Notes under the pieces: model-generated
The model's database searches: none
Seen by the model: the letters and a program-made list of their open reading frames with translations, nothing else
What the model was told of the DNA's origin: nothing
Source of the DNA: Eledone cirrhosa
Taxonomy: Eukaryota
Direction of reading: 5' to 3'
Assembly: GCA_964016885.1 (NCBI GenBank)
Contig: OZ024753.1
Location: 46,252,001 to 46,316,000, forward strand
Length of the DNA stretch: 64,000 nt
Made by a program: the position numbers and the translations under genes
Shown: positions 57,322 to 64,000 of the stretch, in pieces
Numbering within the stretch: position 1 is the first letter of the stretch
How the letters are laid out: each line of letters opens with the position of its first letter

Positions 57322-57790
57322 GGTAGGTAGGTAGGTAGGTAGGTAGGTAGGTAGGTAGGTAGGTAGGTAGGTAGGTAGGTAGGTAGATAGGTGGGTAGGT
57401 AGGTAGGTAGGTAGGTAGGTAGGTAGGTAGGTAGGTAGATAGGTGGGTAGGTAGGTAGGTAGGTAGGTAGGTAGATAGGTGGGTAGGTAGGTAGGTAGGT
57501 AGGTAGGTAGGTAGGTAGGTAGGTAGGTAGGTAGGTAGGTAGGTAGGTAGATAGGTGGGTAGGTAGGTAGGTAGGTAGGTAGGTAGGTAGGTAGGTAGGT
57601 AGGTAGGTAGGTAGGTAGGTAGGTAGATAGGTGGGTAGGTAGGTAGGTAGGTAGGTAGGTAGGTAGGTAGGTAGGTAGATAGGTGGGTAGGTAGGTAGGT
57701 AGGTAGGTAGGTAGGTAGGTAGGTAGGTAGGTAGGTAGGTAGGTAGATAGGTGGGTAGGTAGGTAGGTAGGTAGGTAGGTAGGTAGGTAG
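57322..57790. repeat. (GGTA)n tetranucleotide array with a recurrent gatag-gtgg variant
   Basis: Directly visible; explains the PTYL-repeat ORF. Confidence 0.97.
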
Positions 57791-57928
57791 AAAGGAAGGC
57801 ACCGAGATAAGTAAGGAAGGTAGATAGGTGGATTCAGGGATGGTCGTGTTGTTCAGAATTTTGTTTCACAGCGGTGGCCCAAATACTTGTTACCCAGTAG
57901 AATCCTCTAAATCTCACAAGAACCAGTC

Positions 57929-58066
57929 GATGGCTTACATGCGTCTCCAGGACCTTGATGGGTTACATGTGTCTCTAGGACCTTGATGGCTTACATGCGT
58001 CTCCAGGACCTTGATGGCTTACTGGCGTCGCCAGGACCTTGATGGCTTACATCCGTCTCCAGGACC
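57929..58066. repeat. Minisatellite, ~5 x 28-bp unit gatggcttacatgcgtctccaggacctt
   Basis: Directly visible. Confidence 0.95.
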
Positions 58067-58074
58067 GATCTTGC

Positions 58075-58218
58075 TCCCGTCAAAATTCCGTCAATAAAAT
58101 CTTACTTACAAGGCTTTTATAAGCCCAAGTTTATAGCAGAAAATTATCTTGCAAGGTGCCATGTGGTGGTATGGAACACGAAACCACATAAATGCAAAAC
58201 AATCTTCTTAACCACAGA
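58075..58218 (-). mobile_element. tRNA-derived SINE (family C), diverged
   Basis: Minus strand ctgtggttaagaagattg...gtggtttcgtgttccataccaccacatggcaccttgcaag...ctataaacttgggc...gccttgtaagtaagatttt has a tRNA-like head followed by a SINE body. Confidence 0.7.
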
Positions 58219-58848
58219 TCTATGTATTTTGAGAAAAAATATTACGAGTTCAAAGTCTTGTTTGAACTTTTATTATTCATTCAAATCGAAATTCGGTTCA
58301 ACTTGCCCTAATTTTAAGTTACAATGGTAGAGATATCCACACTCCCTGTCAGCTTCGTTTTCACTTCTTTAAAGATAATGAACAGCTTAACTTCTCATTG
58401 AATACCGTTAATATCCATATTAGTGACTGTTAGAAACCTTCAATGTTATGTTATTTATAAAAGACTTCAATATAACGACTTCAGGAAGAAGTCTTAACCT
58501 GGCTTAGTTTTAACTAGGTTTTCCAAGACTGCAATTTCCGCTCTCTTCTGTTACGACATTTTAGTTATATATTTTTGTTTTGTTGGGTTTTTTAGTTGGT
58601 AGGAGGGGGGGGGGGGGGGGGGGTTATCTATTTACTTTACCAATGCTTCTGAATTTGACATTTTTTTCTTTCTTAGATTGCTTTAGAATAATAATCTCCT
58701 GTACTTTGCTCTCGCAGACTTTTAATTATTCTGCCAATATTTGAGGGATTAATTCGATTAGCTCTATATAAATTGATTCGAATCTCTGTCTCCTCTCTCT
58801 CACTTCTCCCCTTCTCACTCTTCCCTCTCTCCCGCTCTCTCTCCATCT

Positions 58849-58889
<41 letters not shown>

Positions 58890-59019
58890 ACACAGACACA
58901 CACTCACTCAGACAACGTCTTCCTTCAGAGCGTAGTATTTCTCAAAGCAGAACGATACAGTTTGAATGTGTAAGTTATATTGTAAACATGTCAAATAATC
59001 GTTACTTTCCAATTTCTCA

Positions 59020-59425
59020 TCCTCATTGACCTGGGGCGCCATCGTGACATACGGCGTGTTGAGGCATTTTATAAATCGGATAGAGCCCTTCTTTCCAGAT
59101 CTAAACAGAACCGAATTCTTCCAGATGTGAGACGTTGATATAGAGAAATAATCGACTCCACTCCTCTGATGTAAAACCTGATACTCGATGGTTGACAATG
59201 ATGTTGGCCTGTTATTCTTTTTGAATCCCTGTCACTGTTGTTCAGAGAGTGAGTTTGGTCCAATGCAAGGCCTTCCTTCAAGCACAGGCATCACCTAATC
59301 TAACCGACGTTCAAGTGTGTTGCGTGAACAAATCCTTTTCTTTTTTCTTTCAATGCAACGTATGCAGAAAGGAATCTAAATCCTTGACTGGACTAAAATG
59401 TCATGTTCATGCCACCCATGACAAC
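59020..59425 (+). mobile_element. Decayed RTE-clade LINE 3' end with C-terminal zinc finger
   Basis: RDIRRVEAFY (RTE ..I..LE.FH motif), then FQCNVCRKESKSLTGLKCHVHATH, matching the RTE C-terminal F.C..C.R...S..GL..H...H. Internal stops and a deletion. Confidence 0.6.
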
Positions 59426-60798
59426 TATTATATATGTATTTATTTGAAGACAACCAATTCTGTCGTTATTCTCCATACATGTAACCGCTCAAGCGACAAC
59501 ATTGCATTTATATATATTTACAATTAGGTCCACTTTAGCTGTTTAACACCATGAACATCAATGTTTCTCTATTTCAAACGATTAGTTGTTGTTGTATGTA
59601 CATGTTCTCATTTGATAACATTTGATAACAACAACCCCCTCTCCCTCCCCCACACCCACCCCCGATGTTCCTCTCTAAATGATGTGTCGAGCTTTCTCGT
59701 TCTTTCTTCTCTTCCGCTTATCCTATTATAAAAACCCAACAAATTTTCACCTTCAGATACATATATGTATTTTTTCATTAAGGTATAGAACGAATGGAGT
59801 ATATATATCTACGCAACCGAGAAGAAAATGTAGTGAAAAATCGGCAGTAAAAGTATAAAAATATGAGATTAAATGATACTGAAAAAAAAATAAGGAGAAA
59901 TGAAGGAAATATTTAGAGAAAGAGATGTTGTATGGAAGAAAATAGGAAAGATTCAGTGAGTGACAAACAAATAGCAAAGTAGAAGAAAAAAGGTTTAATA
60001 GCGTATGAAAACAGAAGAATAGAAAATTATGAATGAAATAAAATGAGAGTTAAAAAAAACTTGAAATAGACGAAAAACGAGAAAAAAAAGTGTTTGGAAA
60101 ATATATTCGGAAAAAGTAAAATAAAAAGAAGGAAAATAAAAATGATGTGAATGCAATATATTAAGAAAGAGTAAAAAAAAAAAAGAGAAAATAGAAGCGA
60201 AAAAATAATGAGTGAGTGTGTGGATAAATACATTGTGTTGTAAGAAATAGAATCTGGAATTGGAAATTTCTGATATGAAAAGAAGCTAACAATATGCTAG
60301 GGTGCTAGATACTTTTTCTGCTTCACTGATTGACACAGAGGACCTGTCAGAAGGGGTCAATACGTGTGTTGTAATAGAAACGTGACTGGATTGAAAACAG
60401 AAAATTAACAATTCACCAACACTCACGTTGATTGCATTGACACCTTTCAAAATAATGTGGAAGTTGCATCGGAAACTACAACAAAATAACAACAAAGAAC
60501 GTACAGAAGTTTTTGAAGATATGAAAGTATATTGATTTCCATTCTCAGACATTCAAGGAAACGAGAGAGAGAGAGAGAGAGAGAGAAGGGGAGAGAGAGA
60601 GAGACAGAAAAAATCTACTGATCTTGTAGAATTTACTATTGTATTGTGGGTAGGAAAGAGTTTTTGTAGTTTTTTGTTTATATTTTCATACGTTTTTTTT
60701 TCTTCTTTTTGGTTTTGTTCGGAATTTCCATCATCGTGTATCTAGCACTATAGTATACAATGTGTTAATACGGTGTAGTAGAAGTAGTTGTTGTTATT

Positions 60799-60854
<56 letters not shown>

Positions 60855-61456
60855 TGCTGTTGTTGTTATTTAATGCCAAATCAGCCCCGATTCAGCGGAT
60901 CTATGATCAAAGTCATTCCTGGTATTTTATAGGCTACGATTTGAGACAGATTCAGCTGCTATTATTAGTGGGTCACTCATTGTTTTCGGATCTCGTTGCT
61001 CCCAGCTTAAAACCATTTGAATCAAATTTGTTTTTCTTTTTTCTGGAGTTGATAAAATACCAATCATGTATTGAAATCGATTCCTCTCTCTCTCTCTCTC
61101 TCTCCATAACTCCTCTGTGTAGCTCCCCTCTCCCTCTCTCCCACCTCTGTTTTCCTCTCCCTCCTATATAAACCAGTTGTATTAATATATGAAGTAACAC
61201 CCAGTTTCTACAACAGACGGGTAGAGATAACCGTATTAAACATTAAACATTTAATATCCGGCATTTATCTTTTTAGAGTAATTCTTATTCGTTGCTTTTG
61301 TTGTTGGTTATGGGGGGAGGGGTCGTTTTATTTCCATCATCCTACATTATATTTTTCGTAATTTTTTAATCTAATATATTAATCCAGCATCTATTTCAAT
61401 TTTCGTTTATTTTATTTTATTTTATTTTATTTTATTTTATTTTATTTTATGTTTTG

Positions 61457-61560
61457 TTAATATCTAGTCGTGTACATCTATACATCTGTTAATATCTAGC
61501 CGTGTACATCTGCTCATCTGTTGATCTGTTAATATCTGGTCGTGGTTAATATCAGGTCAT
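61457..61560. repeat. Short diverged tandem repeat gttaatatctagtcgtg(tacatct)
   Basis: About 4 visible copies. Confidence 0.75.
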
Positions 61561-62359
61561 ATGCACCTTTACATGTAAATATGTTAATAGTTAGAGTATA
61601 TTAGTTATCATCCATTACTTTTGGTAGTGGTGGCGGTGATGGCGGTGATGGCGGTGTTGGTGGTGGTGGTGGTGAGGGGGATTGTGGTAACAAATAGACA
61701 CAAGACAAGACGATTGAGCTTTCGACTATTTACAAATAAGATGAAATATGCTACACACCAATGTGCCACAACTGAGAAGAAGAGATTAAGACAAAGACCA
61801 ACAAAGACCCAGAAGAGACAGAGAATATAGAAACATTTATAAAAGTTTTTCTTAGTTTGGATGTTAAGACCTAAATAGACCCACAACGAGGAAACGAACC
61901 CAGAATACTCTAGCCCGTTCCTTGTTTAACATTATTAATGGAGTTGATAGGGATAAGGTTTAAATCCCTGGCAGATTTCTTCAGTCTCCGTTGCTGTTGT
62001 TGTTGTTGTTATCCCAAGTGTCAAAACCGTCCATTTCGATTTCCTCTTGTCATACCTTAACATCCGCCCCACAACTTAATCTGTCTTGTAGATCTTCCCT
62101 TTAGCTTCTCGTAGCTTCACGTAGCTTCTCGTACATCTTATACGTCATCACTAGCTGTCCGTTCATCCTTACATCACTATCGGGAAAAATTATTTCCGCC
62201 TTAACTGATACACAGACAGAATAACCGACAGCATACATGATGTAGAAATGGCACACAAACACATCCACATACTCTTATACACAAGCGCGAACACAGAAAC
62301 ACACGCAACACACAAGGAGATATATCAGCACATAGATATAGACAAAAACCCACTTCTAC

Positions 62360-62426
<67 letters not shown>

Positions 62427-63439
62427 AGCACTCATACACACACATATGCACAAATATAAAACACCAAAATATTGTGATATATAAATATACGCACATAAAA
62501 ACGTACAAACACACAAGCAACAGTGGCACCAACACTCTCTATGTACTTCTCCCCTATCTCTCTCCCTTTATCGTCCTCTCGTTCTCTCTCGCTTTGTCTC
62601 TATGTGTATTCCTCTATGTTTATGTATATGTATCTGTATATGTTTGTGTATATGTATGTGTACATCATAAGTCTCAATATCTATCTTCCTGCTTAATTGA
62701 ACAACATGCCTACGGAAATCCATCCACCTATAGATAACTATATATATGTGTGTGTGTATATATATGTGGGCGGATATATATGTGTGTACGTGAGTGTGTA
62801 AATATATATATATATATATGTGCACAGCACTAATTACTGTATGTAATAGCTGCGTTTCTCCAATCATTATAACTGTGGTCTCATATTCGCCATAGAAACG
62901 AGTCAACAAGAATAGTAGTAAATCCTGTTGTTTTCTTTAGATTCAGTTTATATGATGCAAAGATCCATTTAATGGATGCAGATGCGAGAGTATAAAGCAA
63001 GAATGTAAAGATGGGAACAATATATATATATATACAAACATATATATATATAATGTTTGGTAAGAACTTGGTAGAAATATCCAAGGTAGAGAGCAACTCG
63101 AGTCCGGAGGGCGATTTTTAATATAATTATTAAAGTCAGTTACTACAATAGAGCCAAACCAAGAAGGTACGTTTCGTTGGTCTGAAAGTGAACAGGAAAT
63201 TATATATATATTTCATTTTTTATCTTTTTCTTTTGTTGTATTTTTGTTCATATATTTTATCCATTTTCCTTATTTTGATGTTAATAAGATTCTCTCAAAA
63301 ATATAGTAGATTGGCAGAATTAGTAGTCTCGTGTAAAATCCTACCTGGAGCTGTTCCTTGGAGGATGGCTTTGATCAATCCATCAGATCATAATCACGTA
63401 ACTATACTATCTTAATTTTATTTACCTTACAGTAATTAA

Positions 63440-63745
63440 CAGGTCTTTGTAGTTGCTCACGTGTCTAATTGCCGTGCGAATGCTTTCAGAAAGAAGGCTG
63501 CAAAGGAATCCCTGAATCTAGTAGAAGTGTGAAAGAATTTAGTACCAATCTTTACATTGGCAATAGAGGCATGCGTATATAGGGAAAGGGCTAGAGCCTT
63601 TTACATAACTGGTATGGATCAAGAAGCAGTGTCAATCTTGGTAGCCAATTAACAGAATTTGTAGAGTGAGAAGATTTAAAGATTGTGAAGAATTTAGATC
63701 AATATTTATATTTCTTCTGCCATTGCAGCACTCTTCCTGTTTCAT
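63440..63745 (-). mobile_element. Possible highly decayed LINE (CR1/L2-like) 3' end
   Basis: Minus-strand KFFHTSTRFRDSFAAFF loosely resembles SFF..T...WNSLP...F; weak. Confidence 0.3.
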
Positions 63746-64000
63746 ATTAACGAACGAATTTTATGATGAGATATATTTAATATTTAAAATATGTGTTAAA
63801 GAAATAGAAAAGATACAAAAGAATAGAAAAGTGACAAATAAGAAGAGGAACAAAGGTATAATATATTGCGAGATGAATTTCGCTGTTTATAAAATTGACA
63901 GCAAATATTTATCAAACATTCAGCCTTAGAGGATAAAATTAGTTTAACAAACATTTCTGTAGTAGGAATTCATCGGAAAAATAACATTTTATAATGAAAT

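Noticed and set aside
59350-59425. C2H2 zinc-finger gene exon
   Set aside because: Single degenerate finger downstream of RTE-like motifs; better explained as a LINE C-terminus.
61945-61992. Minus-strand CTGAAGA-AATC...GATT-TAAA hammerhead-like motif
   Set aside because: GAAA core is missing (TAAA) and there is no convincing stem I or III. Other CTGANGA hits (about 7260, 25460, 27588, 42784) likewise lack stems.

Overview
AT-rich, repeat-dominated, gene-poor eukaryotic (metazoan) DNA. The SINE families and the density of (TA)n, (GA)n and (GGT)n arrays suggest an octopus or other coleoid cephalopod (inference). Almost all long ORFs in the ORF track are translated microsatellites. Recognisable content: decayed LINE fragments (a CR1/L2/Jockey-type RT at 1-400; RTE 3' ends at ~26.2-26.6 kb and ~59.0-59.4 kb), many tRNA-derived SINE copies, a Tc1/mariner-type MITE, several minisatellites and a few candidate exons, including a phase-compatible 3-exon model for a 69-aa protein at 4045-4510. 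The main signal is three complete type I hammerhead ribozyme motifs. Two sit in the arms of a ~750-bp inverted repeat (1867-1933 minus, 2487-2557 plus). The third (14647-14707 minus) caps a decayed Penelope-like reverse-transcriptase region. They share stem I, have unrelated but paired stem II sequences, carry 8-nt palindromic stem III segments (ATGCGCAT and ATATATAT), and lie near (TA)n arrays. A second oddity is a ~305-bp palindrome made of two convergent tRNA-like Pol III cassettes (19191-19497).
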